The notes beneath the pieces are model-generated. The model was given only the letters and a program-made list of their open reading frames with translations, was not told the origin of the DNA and ran no database searches. Both the position numbers and the translations under genes were made by a program. Positions 51,428 through 62,165 of a stretch of 64,000 nt of DNA are shown here, one piece after another; position 1 is the stretch's first letter; each line of letters opens with the position of its first letter. This stretch comes from a virus, in the IMG/VR virus record IMGVR_UViG_3300032435_000001; one strand, 5' to 3'.

Positions 51428-53200
51428 ATGATTACGGGTAATATAAATAATACTATAATAACTACCGACACTTTTGAAGTCTCTGGTTCTACAACGGCTA
51501 TTAATTTGGTTGTTGTTGATTCTGACAATTTAGATATATCAGAATGCACCTTAGTTACCACTGAGGTCATCAAAACTAACCCACCAATCAAGTATTTTGA
51601 TGATTGTGGTTGCCCTATTAATGTTTGTCAAAAAGGTTCCCTTAGAATTACGATTAAGAAAATTGAACCTGAAGGTCCAAAATGTGAAATTAGTGAATTT
51701 ACTTTAGATGATAGTGGTTTAGTTCTTTTTGTTGTTAACAGTAATAACACCTTTTTCACAGCACCAGAATGTTGTGAGTCTTTAGGTTTCACATCAGAAA
51801 TAAATTCTAGTAATGGTTTATCCCAATGTAGGTGGCAAGAAATTGAAATTGACCCATGTAGTGGTTTCGTGGTTTTAGGTGAATCTGATGGGTTTGTTCA
51901 TTTTCAAACCTCGGATGGTTCAAGCACGACTTATGTACCGTCTATCGAGTGTTGCCCAACTAATAGTGTTCCTGAGGTAAGTAATTTTGGTTATCGTTGT
52001 TTGATTATCAAGGAAAATGATTCATGTTCAGATTACACACCATCTGGTTCACTTGATAATGATGGTTACGTTCTGTTCTATTATATAGATGAAGATACAA
52101 CATCATCAACAGTACCGTCTATCGAGTGTTGTTCGATATTCGACTATAAACCTATTCAATTGAATGGTTTGATATATTGTTCACCATGTAAAAGTTACGA
52201 TAGTTACGAATTTAATTCTTTGGGAATAGCGGTCTTTGTTGATTACAACGGGGAAACATTTGAAGCGGTACCAAGTGGTAATTGTTGTCCGACATTAACT
52301 TCACCAGTTCCAGTAACTGTACAAAGTGGGTCACAACCTAACTCACAAGATATCTCAAAACCTTTTGGTGCGACTGTTGTAACCAAATGTAAAAACATAT
52401 TTTTTGATGAGTGTTCTATTTTCACACCAACTGAAGAACTTGATGATAATGGTTTTTTAATTTTTGATAAAATATCTGGTTCACGTACAATATATGTCCC
52501 AACTAGTGAGTGTTGTCCGACTAAGACAACCGCCATTTTAACTAGAAGTGGTTATGCTTGTAGACCAAACCCATCAATTGATATTTGCCGTCACTTATCT
52601 GTTATATCAATAGTACCTGGTAATGTAAACCAAACTGACAATTCGATATCAGTGTCTGGTGAATATTGTGATGGTGAAAATTTTACTCGTACTTTATCAA
52701 GTGAACTTTCCCCAGATGCAGGTACTCTAACTAATTTACAAATTGAAAGGTGTGTTAAAGAAAGTTCGCTGGTGATAATTGGTGATGACCCTAGTAGGGT
52801 TGAGTATATTTTTAGTAACACTATTGTTTGTGGTCCAAATAACACTGTTAGAGCCACACTTGAACCTAACACAGGTTTCGAGATTGAAGGTTGTGATACT
52901 CAAAGAATAAGGGTTACTGGTGATGTTGGTTCTAAGGTTGAATTTAAAACTATTATTAGTAACAATGGTCTTTCAGGTTTAACTAATGTAATAACGATAA
53001 ATGGTGTTTCACAAAGTGAAAGTATCTCAACTTATAGAAGTTTCATAATTCCATCAAATGGTTATTTCGTTATTGTTTGGACTGTGTGCGCTAACAACAC
53101 TAACGGTGTTGGAGATGTTTGCGTTCCTGTTAGTGCTATTTTAGATATTAAATATAATAATATAACCATTGGTGATTTCGAAGCTAATGCGTGTAATTAA
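51428..53200 (+). CDS. Cys-rich repeat structural protein
   Basis: About five C...(D)G...F...P..(E/N)CC...C modules. An identical 20-mer occurs at 51935 and 52112. Confidence 0.65.
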   Translation: MITGNINNTIITTDTFEVSGSTTAINLVVVDSDNLDISECTLVTTEVIKTNPPIKYFDDCGCPINVCQKGSLRITIKKIEPEGPKCEISEFTLDDSGLVLFVVNSNNTFFTAPECCESLGFTSEINSSNGLSQCRWQEIEIDPCSGFVVLGESDGFVHFQTSDGSSTTYVPSIECCPTNSVPEVSNFGYRCLIIKENDSCSDYTPSGSLDNDGYVLFYYIDEDTTSSTVPSIECCSIFDYKPIQLNGLIYCSPCKSYDSYEFNSLGIAVFVDYNGETFEAVPSGNCCPTLTSPVPVTVQSGSQPNSQDISKPFGATVVTKCKNIFFDECSIFTPTEELDDNGFLIFDKISGSRTIYVPTSECCPTKTTAILTRSGYACRPNPSIDICRHLSVISIVPGNVNQTDNSISVSGEYCDGENFTRTLSSELSPDAGTLTNLQIERCVKESSLVIIGDDPSRVEYIFSNTIVCGPNNTVRATLEPNTGFEIEGCDTQRIRVTGDVGSKVEFKTIISNNGLSGLTNVITINGVSQSESISTYRSFIIPSNGYFVIVWTVCANNTNGVGDVCVPVSAILDIKYNNITIGDFEANACN

Positions 53201-53208
53201 TTAATGGT

Positions 53209-55356
53209 ATGGAGTGTAAAAATATAAATGGTGAGGTAATTAAATCCTTCCAATTTGGTGATGATGGTATTGTTTATGGTTTTGATGATATCAATATTAA
53301 ATCATCGGTTGATAATAATTGTTGCAACTCTTTAAACCACCAATTTGATTCTGTTGATGGTGTTTGTTATTGGAAAAAACCGTGTGAATTTGATGATGAT
53401 GTTAAAATATTAATATCACCAGATGGGGATGATGGGCTTTTTTACCAAGTAAATGAAAATGATGATTGTAAATTAACTATTGAGTTTGATTATTTGATTG
53501 AGTTAAATTGTGGTGCTTTAAGTGAATGTTTAGCGGGAAATGAGTCTAATGAAAATGAGGTTGGTGTCATTAATGGTAAAATATCGAATAATGATGCGTT
53601 AATTAATGAAGATGATGAATCTATAATAGCGTTAAATTCTGATTTTAAAAGGGTTCGTGAGGCTTTTGAGATTAAAATTAGTGATGGTGTTTTAGAGTTA
53701 GAAGTTTTAGATGATAGACTAACATTTAATAATAGTGAGGTTAGTAGAGTGAATAACTTACTTAACGATGAGTCTGACCCAATAACTAAGATTAATTATA
53801 ATAACACATTAACAATTTTAAAAAATGAGATTGACATTATTAATGTTGAGAGAGATACTGTTAAAGGTGTTAACCAAAATTTAGATATTGAATTACAATC
53901 TAGGATTAATTATTATGGTAGTTCGATAAATAAAGTTAAATTTGTTAAATATTTAAAGATATCTGAAAGTGCGGAGTGGGGTTTTGATTTGGAATTAGTA
54001 CCACCTAAAATAATGTTAGCTGATATTTTAACCAATCTTAAGTTAAGCATGACTTTAGACGTACTTACTAATATTGATAGTGTTGTTTCCACTAACACCA
54101 ATTTTGAGACCCCTCAAGTTTATAGGCCTATACTCACTGAGAAACTTTATGATGTTGACGACCTTACTGAGTATTTTAATAACTCTACGAATACTGGATT
54201 ATTTTTAAATAATGATTCGGGTGATTGTAATTTTATTATTAACTCAATTAATGAAAACTTAGCTGGTGAAGTTAGCTTCACTAAGTTAGAGCAATCTTTA
54301 AACTCACAATGGGTTCATTTTAAAATGGAGATTGAGGATTCGAATACACTGAAATTAATTGAGAATAAGTATTTAAAATTAGGTTTATACGTTGAAAATA
54401 GTTTATGTGAGTTATCAATATTATTAGATAACGTTGAGTTTAATAGGTCTTGTAGTGTAATTGAAAAAACTGAGACATTTATAAACACATGCCCATCATT
54501 TGAGTTAAATAGAGTAATAGATAATAAAAAATCTTGGGTTAGTAATGATAATGTTGAGAAAAGAAAATTCTTATTACCTAAGAGAGAAACTGGTTATCTT
54601 ATAAATAATTCTAAATTAGGTATTAATAGTAAAGAGATTGATATAAATTTAAACCCTAGTTTAGCTATTGAGAGTGATTTCCAAAGTTTTATAAAAAATA
54701 ACCCTTGTTTGATGGACTCATTCTCTGGTGTTTTAACGACTAACATATTTACTGCTGGTATTACTATAAATGAATTTAAGGATATTTTATATTCGGAGTT
54801 AATAGATGTTAAATCTAGGAAAACAATTAGTGGTTACCCACTCCTAAAAGCCTTATACGATGCTTATTTGAATAGTTACGCTATTTGTGGTGTCAACTCA
54901 TCTAAATTAAGTTATACCACCATGAATGACTTCATTTCGTTGATTGGAGCGTATTGGGTGGATTTAATCGAACAAGTTATCCCATCAACCACTATTTGGG
55001 GTTCAACTTATAAGTATAATAATACAATTTTTGATAATAATAAGTTTAAATATAGAAAAAGTAGTTTATTCAATTGCACACCATCTTCAACACCGACATT
55101 ACCTATAATAGGTATTAATAATAATGTTGATGCTGATATCACATCGTATTATTATGATGATAAAAATGATGGGGTCTTGGTTGAGGAGTCAACAAAATGT
55201 AGTACTGTTTATATTTCACAAATTAATGATGGGTCTGAATTCATAGGGAGTGTGAATATAGTTGGATGGCAGTATCAGAATATCCGACTTAGAAATTCTG
55301 GTGATGTGATAATATTAAATGAATCAGAGAGTTCAACAATACAAAAATCAATATAA
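53209..55356 (+). CDS. Hypothetical structural protein with a coiled coil
   Basis: 715 aa with YWVDLIEQVIPSTTIW..G..Y.NTIF, coupled in the operon. Confidence 0.6.
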   Translation: MECKNINGEVIKSFQFGDDGIVYGFDDINIKSSVDNNCCNSLNHQFDSVDGVCYWKKPCEFDDDVKILISPDGDDGLFYQVNENDDCKLTIEFDYLIELNCGALSECLAGNESNENEVGVINGKISNNDALINEDDESIIALNSDFKRVREAFEIKISDGVLELEVLDDRLTFNNSEVSRVNNLLNDESDPITKINYNNTLTILKNEIDIINVERDTVKGVNQNLDIELQSRINYYGSSINKVKFVKYLKISESAEWGFDLELVPPKIMLADILTNLKLSMTLDVLTNIDSVVSTNTNFETPQVYRPILTEKLYDVDDLTEYFNNSTNTGLFLNNDSGDCNFIINSINENLAGEVSFTKLEQSLNSQWVHFKMEIEDSNTLKLIENKYLKLGLYVENSLCELSILLDNVEFNRSCSVIEKTETFINTCPSFELNRVIDNKKSWVSNDNVEKRKFLLPKRETGYLINNSKLGINSKEIDINLNPSLAIESDFQSFIKNNPCLMDSFSGVLTTNIFTAGITINEFKDILYSELIDVKSRKTISGYPLLKALYDAYLNSYAICGVNSSKLSYTTMNDFISLIGAYWVDLIEQVIPSTTIWGSTYKYNNTIFDNNKFKYRKSSLFNCTPSSTPTLPIIGINNNVDADITSYYYDDKNDGVLVEESTKCSTVYISQINDGSEFIGSVNIVGWQYQNIRLRNSGDVIILNESESSTIQKSI

Positions 55357-55357
55357 T

Positions 55358-55600
55358 ATGCCATATTTAGTAAAGAAAGTAGAAGGGGAGATATTTAATA
55401 ATTTCATAGGTGAAAATTATTTTTATAAAAAATTAGTTGGTACTATAGGTTTAGAAGATTATGTGAAACTTAATAATTTTATTGGTTTCACTCAAAATTT
55501 CTCAAGTGTTATTAAAGTTGGTTTAATTAGTAGTAACACTAAAAATAAATATGGTCTTAAAAGTGGTGATAACGTAATAAATTTAGAAATATCTTACTAA
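55358..55600 (+). CDS. Small hypothetical protein
   Basis: The likely start is ATG 55358 (MPYLVKK). Fills the gap between coupled genes. Confidence 0.55.
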   Translation: MPYLVKKVEGEIFNNFIGENYFYKKLVGTIGLEDYVKLNNFIGFTQNFSSVIKVGLISSNTKNKYGLKSGDNVINLEISY

Positions 55601-57036
55601 TGAGGAGACAAGAAAATATATACGTGCAAACATCACATTCTTGTGTTAGGAATAAGGATATTTTGACCGTTAACACAAGTTCTGATGTTTGTGTATTCAA
55701 ATCATCTAACTTTGTAATGAGTGGTGCTACTAATGTTTTATCTGGGTTAACTAGTTCTAGTGATTCAGTACACATTATTGATGGTGATTCCAATATTGAT
55801 TTATCACTATTATTTACCACTAACACAAGTGGTTTTATGGGTAATTCGGAATTACTATTTAAGTTTAATTTACACAAATTAAGTAGCGATAATGTTTTTA
55901 AAAGTACGGTAATATACTCATCACCATTTAAAACAGGTGATGAGCTATATAACAATGCCTTTATTTTCCAAAATTACATACCTATAACTAATTTAAATTT
56001 AGATGGTGAGTATATTTTAAAAGGTGAGTTTTCATACCCAATATGCACTGATATTCTAGGTAGGTTAGGTTTAAGACATTTTACTAACACAAATGAAGTT
56101 GGGTTACCATATGGTAATTTTAATGAAGATTTTGATTATTACTTTGTTGCGATAAAAAACGCTAATTCTCCAATATTTAACCTAACACCTAATGGTGGTG
56201 GTCCTATTGGGGTTTTAACAACTGAAAGTTTCTTCCCATCAGGACACACTGTTTTTTTAACGTCACAAACGATAGGTGGGTTTCCAATTGTAACTTTAAA
56301 TGGTTTAACATTAGCGATTGAAGATGATTATCTTTTTACTAACGATAACACTATATCATTATTAGGTTCAACTTATCATGGTGATATACTAACGATAATA
56401 TTCGTTGCTGGTTCCACTGGGAATGGGTTGCAAAATGATGTGATATTAATTAATAATGTAATACCTAGCGGACCGTTTAACGGTGAGGGTGATAATTCAA
56501 TATATTTAAACACTGATTCTGGTAAATACGAGGTATTCACAAAAACATCACCAATTGATAACTCTAATGTTATAATCAGTTTAAATGGTGTTACGTTAAC
56601 TAATAATATAGACTACTTTCAATCAATTACTAATCGAAAGAGGTTCATTTTAGAAGGTAGTTTACTAATCGGTGATGTAATAGCAATATTTTATAATTCA
56701 TTTGGGAGTTATGTTGGTTCTATTACTGAACCTATATTTGATGTGAGTTGGAATACTGATGATTATCCAGATAAGAATAATGGTATTTTCACCTTACAAT
56801 TATCGGATACTAATGATTTTACTAATATTTTATATTCAGTGGTAAAACCTTATGAAGTTGGTATTAAAGTATATTCAGCAACTTTAGAAGTTTCGGGTGA
56901 TATAGGTGATAAGAGGTATTATAGGGTCGTAAATCAAAAAAATTACATAACATTAAGTGGTGATGTCATTGAGTCAATTGCATACAGTGAGGTCATTCCA
57001 TTAATAATTAACACAAATTCATTAAATTCTTACTAA
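55600..57036 (+). CDS. Hypothetical structural protein
   Basis: Two (V/I).LNG.TL....DY beta repeats and a C-terminal Fn3-like YYRV. Confidence 0.6.
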   Translation: MRRQENIYVQTSHSCVRNKDILTVNTSSDVCVFKSSNFVMSGATNVLSGLTSSSDSVHIIDGDSNIDLSLLFTTNTSGFMGNSELLFKFNLHKLSSDNVFKSTVIYSSPFKTGDELYNNAFIFQNYIPITNLNLDGEYILKGEFSYPICTDILGRLGLRHFTNTNEVGLPYGNFNEDFDYYFVAIKNANSPIFNLTPNGGGPIGVLTTESFFPSGHTVFLTSQTIGGFPIVTLNGLTLAIEDDYLFTNDNTISLLGSTYHGDILTIIFVAGSTGNGLQNDVILINNVIPSGPFNGEGDNSIYLNTDSGKYEVFTKTSPIDNSNVIISLNGVTLTNNIDYFQSITNRKRFILEGSLLIGDVIAIFYNSFGSYVGSITEPIFDVSWNTDDYPDKNNGIFTLQLSDTNDFTNILYSVVKPYEVGIKVYSATLEVSGDIGDKRYYRVVNQKNYITLSGDVIESIAYSEVIPLIINTNSLNSY

Positions 57037-57089
57037 ATATAATTGACTATTGAGTATTTATTATTAAGATATAAAAACAATTTAAAATT

Positions 57090-59201
57090 ATGAGTTATAT
57101 AATAAACACAACTAACCCATTTGTTAGTACTAAATTAACCGAAAAGGGTCGTGAAAAATTAGCAAAAGGTGAATTAACCTTCAACTCTTGGGCTATTGGT
57201 GATTCTGAGATTAATTATGAAAGAGCGATATTAACAAATTCATATCCATTAGATGAGGCGTACTCTAGAATCGATAAGATTTTAAAACCAAAAGATAGGC
57301 AACCAAATATTAAGTATTTCGTAAATACTGGTGGTGAAACCCCATTAAACTCACTTCAACCGTCTAACATTAAAACGATGAAAATTGTTGTGAATAATGA
57401 GGCAACTGAAAGAGGTTTTTTCGAGGGTAATCCAGATGCTTATGTTACTTTAAGCGGTACACCGTATACCATATTAAGTGAGATAGTTTTAGCTACAACT
57501 TTTAGTGGCGGGACATCATTTGATATTGGCGTTAGTGGTGCTACTCAGGGTAATTTAATTTTAATAAAATGTGGTGAAGAGATTAATGGTAATAATATGC
57601 CAGTACCACATTTATGGTTTAAAGCTCAATCAGTTTCTAATACAATCATTAATGTTGATAGGGAATTACCTAATTTAACTTTAAGTGGTAATGTACAAGT
57701 TATCGTATATGATGGTGGTGAGATATCTGACAGTTCTTTTAGTGAGAATAACACAACGGCTTATTGGGATACTGGAACACTATCATTTGATAGTAGTTGT
57801 GATATAACTAGGGAAGATGTCCCTGTTTTTAATATGAATAATGTTTTCATGGAAACTATGTTAGGTATTAGTGGTGTTAATTACGAGGACCACACAAGAT
57901 ATGGTTCGTATGAATACATTGGTTTAGGTGAGCAATATCTAGAGTTGGGTAATGATAATGGGGGTTTGGTAAATGAAATAACATTTACATGTGATGAGAT
58001 AACTGGGATTGGTGGTTATGATGGGTATGATAAATCATTTGCGGTTATTCACTACACTAATAATACTATATCTAATTTATATGGTGAGTTTTTCTATATT
58101 AATAACACTAATAATAAGAATTTAAAGGTTCAAATACCTGATTTGATGTACCATAGAAGAAATTCGGTTGGTAGCGGTAGTGGTACTACCATGGGTATGA
58201 CTTTTATTTCAAGTGGTAATATAAAATTAATTGGTACTTCCAATATTCAATATTATGATTTAATTGAGAGCCCTACTTTAATAATAGATGGGACTCCATT
58301 AATTGTTGGTAAAGTGTTTCCACAGTTAAAAATAGTTGTTTTTGAGGATGCTGAGATTATTAGTGCTATATCTTATAAATCTAATAGAAATTGGACACTA
58401 CCTAGTTTACTAACTAATTTAGCGTCACCATCTGGTGGTGCGTCAACGGGTTTATTACAAAATGGTGAGACTATGTATATAACTTATGGTATTGAAAATA
58501 ATAGTGGTGTTGGTTATACATCAGCATTACCATGTCAGAAATATGGTAGAATTAAAAATAGTTTATCAACAGCTAAGGATGTTCAATTTAGGTTAGAGGG
58601 TGTTAATTTATTACCTTATTTGAAGAAAATTGAAGATGTTGGGTATGATAATACTGGTTTCTATGGGTATGAGTTTAAAGTTATTTATCAAATAGTAGCT
58701 GATGATTCTAGACCTACATCGGATGGTTGGAAAGTTTTGGATTACACATCAACTAATATTACTGGTGGTGTTAATGAAACGATAGACCCATTATTATTAG
58801 AGTCTCAAAATCACAATGATAACAACCAAGTAATTACAATATTAGATGATGATATCGCATTACCATATAATTTAATTGATAAACTAAATTTACCACCTAT
58901 TACTCAACCTGAATTATTACAATTTGGTGATGAAAGGTTTTTTTATGGTAACATTCAGACATTCATTGGTGCTACGATATTTAAAACTATATTTGACATT
59001 AGAATTGATTCTAGTCAATTCACTAAAACCACTAACCCTACTAGAAGTAGTGATTTCTTAACCAACCCACCTAGCATTAAAGTGAGTGAGATTGGTATTT
59101 ATGATAATAACAATGAGTTGGTTTTAATTGGTAAACTAAGTGAGCCATTAGAATTAGGTGGTGGTAATACAATAATGGTAGAGCTTGGTATCGACTTTTA
59201 A
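57090..59201 (+). CDS. Tail-collar/fibre-attachment-like protein (DUF3751-like ends)
   Basis: N-terminal KLTEKGREKLAKG...AIGDSEINY and C-terminal VSEIGIYDNNNELVLIGKLSEP. Confidence 0.55.
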   Translation: MSYIINTTNPFVSTKLTEKGREKLAKGELTFNSWAIGDSEINYERAILTNSYPLDEAYSRIDKILKPKDRQPNIKYFVNTGGETPLNSLQPSNIKTMKIVVNNEATERGFFEGNPDAYVTLSGTPYTILSEIVLATTFSGGTSFDIGVSGATQGNLILIKCGEEINGNNMPVPHLWFKAQSVSNTIINVDRELPNLTLSGNVQVIVYDGGEISDSSFSENNTTAYWDTGTLSFDSSCDITREDVPVFNMNNVFMETMLGISGVNYEDHTRYGSYEYIGLGEQYLELGNDNGGLVNEITFTCDEITGIGGYDGYDKSFAVIHYTNNTISNLYGEFFYINNTNNKNLKVQIPDLMYHRRNSVGSGSGTTMGMTFISSGNIKLIGTSNIQYYDLIESPTLIIDGTPLIVGKVFPQLKIVVFEDAEIISAISYKSNRNWTLPSLLTNLASPSGGASTGLLQNGETMYITYGIENNSGVGYTSALPCQKYGRIKNSLSTAKDVQFRLEGVNLLPYLKKIEDVGYDNTGFYGYEFKVIYQIVADDSRPTSDGWKVLDYTSTNITGGVNETIDPLLLESQNHNDNNQVITILDDDIALPYNLIDKLNLPPITQPELLQFGDERFFYGNIQTFIGATIFKTIFDIRIDSSQFTKTTNPTRSSDFLTNPPSIKVSEIGIYDNNNELVLIGKLSEPLELGGGNTIMVELGIDF

Positions 59202-59245
59202 TTATAATTACTTAAAAATATTAATAATAAATAAAAAAATAAAAT

Positions 59246-60436
59246 ATGGGTTACATACAAAGTGCAACAACTGTTACGGTTATAGCGAAATTAACGCCAT
59301 TTGGTAGAGAAGAATTGTTATCAAAGAGTAATAAAATAATTACGAACTTTAGTTTAGGTGATTCAGACGCTAATTACTACGTATCTAATATATTAGAAAG
59401 TGGTGAAGTACCGAGTATATCTGGTGAAATTGGTGTTTTAGGTAGTGTTAATAATAGCTCACCAACTAACTACAAAATAAGGGATAAGGTAATAGTAAAC
59501 TCTATCGGTGATTTAACTAAACCAGTAGAACCTAATGCGGGTAAAATAAGTAGTACTTTAAGAAGTGTTGGGTTTAAAAATTTAGTATCACCAGATGTTA
59601 ATTTTAAGTTAATTAGTAAAAATGATTTAATTTCATCCAGTGGTAACTTATTTAATTCACTAGGACTACCTATAACTGTCACTCAGAAAGCTTTATTTAA
59701 CACAGTAAGCGATGCTAACGGTGGGTTTTCGGATACTGGGATAGCATTACTTAATGTTAACGAAGGGTTAGTAATAGATATTAGTAATTTAGAGTATGGT
59801 GAGATAATAGATGGTAAGACTGTTAAAATAGAATTAACAACTTCAACTAGTACATTTACTATTTACTCAACATTCCAATCTTCATTAACATCAAAAACAA
59901 CGCAAGATGTTAATATTAGGGAATCATCAATAAAAAGTGGTTTAATTGGTAACAACATAGCGTTCTTATTCTGCGATGCTATTAAAAAGCCAAATAACAA
60001 CCCATTGAAAAGTTGGGGTACTGGGTACAATTTAAATAAACCATTTAGTGTTAATAATAAAGAATTATTTAACTTAACAACTAACAATACGATACAGAAA
60101 TACGCTGATACGCCAGTTGGGTTAATACATTTGGATAAGGGTTTAATAGTTATTAATAACCAAAGCATTTTAGATTCGTTAGATGCATCTCTAAGTGTGA
60201 GTGTTAGTTTTGATAGTCTATCAACCGAAATGTCACAAGATATCATATGTATTGTGAATAGAGGTGAATTTATAGCTTCTAAAAATCAAACTTACAGTAA
60301 TGGTGATTTGATTAGGGTTAGTGAGGTAGGTTTATATAACTCAAATGGTAATTTAATAGCGATAGCTAAGATGAACAAACATATAACGATAGGGACTAAC
60401 CAATTTATGGCTTTAGGTGTTAAAGTTACTATATAA
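59246..60436 (+). CDS. Tail-collar/fibre-attachment-like protein, paralog of the preceding gene
   Basis: KLTPFGREELL...FSLGDSDANY and C-terminal VSEVGLYNSNGNLIAIAK. Confidence 0.55.
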   Translation: MGYIQSATTVTVIAKLTPFGREELLSKSNKIITNFSLGDSDANYYVSNILESGEVPSISGEIGVLGSVNNSSPTNYKIRDKVIVNSIGDLTKPVEPNAGKISSTLRSVGFKNLVSPDVNFKLISKNDLISSSGNLFNSLGLPITVTQKALFNTVSDANGGFSDTGIALLNVNEGLVIDISNLEYGEIIDGKTVKIELTTSTSTFTIYSTFQSSLTSKTTQDVNIRESSIKSGLIGNNIAFLFCDAIKKPNNNPLKSWGTGYNLNKPFSVNNKELFNLTTNNTIQKYADTPVGLIHLDKGLIVINNQSILDSLDASLSVSVSFDSLSTEMSQDIICIVNRGEFIASKNQTYSNGDLIRVSEVGLYNSNGNLIAIAKMNKHITIGTNQFMALGVKVTI

Positions 60437-60493
60437 TATTATTTAATAACCTTTATTTTATTGGTTTATTATTTACATTAAGTGAAAAAAGTT

Positions 60494-61141
60494 ATGGTAG
60501 AAAATGAAAAGAAGTTTATACTTGGGTTAGATATATCAACCAAAACTATAGGTATTGCGCTATATGAGGATTTTGGTAGTTATGGGAAATTAGTTTTACT
60601 ACACCATGTAACACCAAATGTTAAACCAATTCCAACAAATAAAATGGAGTTGTTATTCCTAAAAGGTGATATATTTGAAAATGATTTTTTAAAAGATTAC
60701 ACAAATTTTAATATCCATAAAGTTATTATAGAGGAACCATTGTTAAGGTCCAATAATGTTAATACTGTCGCAACATTATTAAAATTTAATGGAATAGTTT
60801 CTAGGGCCATCTATAAGATGTTAAACGTGGTACCAGAATACGTATCATCTTATGACGCTAGGAAATATGCTTTCCCAGAATTGATGGCGATTAGAGAGGT
60901 TGATAAAAAGGGTGTTAGGTATAGCGATAAGAAGTTATCCACCCAAAAACCAGTTTTGTTTGGTGGGTATAAATGGGACATTGATAAAAAAAGCGTTCTA
61001 TGGGATAAGGTTGCTGAGACTTATCCACAAATAAATTGGATATACAACAAAAAGAATATTCTAACTAAAGAGAATTTTGATATGGCAGATAGTGTATGCG
61101 CAACTTTAGGGTATATGAAGAAAATGGGGTTGTGGGAATAA
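60494..61141 (+). CDS. RuvC-like Holliday junction resolvase
   Basis: LGLDISTKTIG, IIEEP and DMADS acidic catalytic motifs. Confidence 0.8.
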   Translation: MVENEKKFILGLDISTKTIGIALYEDFGSYGKLVLLHHVTPNVKPIPTNKMELLFLKGDIFENDFLKDYTNFNIHKVIIEEPLLRSNNVNTVATLLKFNGIVSRAIYKMLNVVPEYVSSYDARKYAFPELMAIREVDKKGVRYSDKKLSTQKPVLFGGYKWDIDKKSVLWDKVAETYPQINWIYNKKNILTKENFDMADSVCATLGYMKKMGLWE

Positions 61142-61190
61142 AATTAAATTAAAAATTATATAATTAAATAGGTTATGTAATTTTTTTTTG

Positions 61191-61198
61191 TATATTTG
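61191..61198 (+). promoter_or_regulatory. Bacteroidota-type -7 element TATATTTG(CA), 4 nt before the primase ATG
   Basis: Consensus match. Confidence 0.6.
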
Positions 61199-61202
61199 CA
61201 TA

Positions 61203-62156
61203 ATGTCACAATTAATTTTAGGTATATTAGGTAATTTTTTAGGTGTTGATAGAGGTCATAACCACGATTCAGGTCAAATAAAATTTGACTGTCCATCTTG
61301 CGCTGAAATTAATGGTAGTGAAAAAAGTGTGGGTAAGGGTAATTTGGAGGTAAACATTAATAAAGGTGTTTTCAAATGTTGGGCGTGTTATGAAACGAAT
61401 AACATGAGTGGTTCAATTTCTAGGTTAATTAAAAGGTTCGGTAGTCGTAGAGATTTTGATGAGTACGTTTTAATAAACCCAAATTACAACTATGATAAGG
61501 AATATGTTATTGATGAGTTAAAAGAATTATCATTACCTGATGGTTTCACACCATTAGCTTCTTGTGATGAAAAACTATTCCGCTTTTCCGAAGCGTCCAA
61601 ATATTTAAGTAATAGAAATATAACTCATGATATTATAGAAAAATATAATATCGGTTTCACAACTATTGGTGAATACGCTAATAGAATCATAATCCCATCA
61701 TATTGTGCTGATGGTAATTTAAATTTTTTCGTTGGTAGAGCCTTTACTAAGTGGGGTAAACCAAAATATCTTAACCCTACGTTTAGAAAAGAGTTGATAA
61801 CATTTAGTGAGAACTTTATTAATTGGGATGCTACAATATATTTAGTTGAAGGTGTTTTTGATGGCATCGTAATACCAAACTCAATACCTTTATTAGGTAA
61901 GGTATTACCAATTGAGTTATTATATAAATTACAAACTAAAGCAAAGGGTTTAATAGTTGTGGCCCTAGATGGTGATGCTTATGAGGACGCTAAAATAATT
62001 TATAAGCGTATTAACACACTAAACCTATATAACAGGGTTAGAATGATTAAATTAAAAGAAGCTTATGATTTATCATTAATCAATGAAAAGTTCGGTAGGA
62101 AGGCTATTATAGCTGTATTAAAGACTGCTAATATTATTCCAGAGAGTGAGTTATAA
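61203..62156 (+). CDS. DNA primase (Zn finger plus TOPRIM)
   Basis: CPSC...CWAC, RIIIPS, KYLNP, LVEGVFD and LDGDA. Confidence 0.92.
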   Translation: MSQLILGILGNFLGVDRGHNHDSGQIKFDCPSCAEINGSEKSVGKGNLEVNINKGVFKCWACYETNNMSGSISRLIKRFGSRRDFDEYVLINPNYNYDKEYVIDELKELSLPDGFTPLASCDEKLFRFSEASKYLSNRNITHDIIEKYNIGFTTIGEYANRIIIPSYCADGNLNFFVGRAFTKWGKPKYLNPTFRKELITFSENFINWDATIYLVEGVFDGIVIPNSIPLLGKVLPIELLYKLQTKAKGLIVVALDGDAYEDAKIIYKRINTLNLYNRVRMIKLKEAYDLSLINEKFGRKAIIAVLKTANIIPESEL

Positions 62157-62165
62157 TTAATGGTT

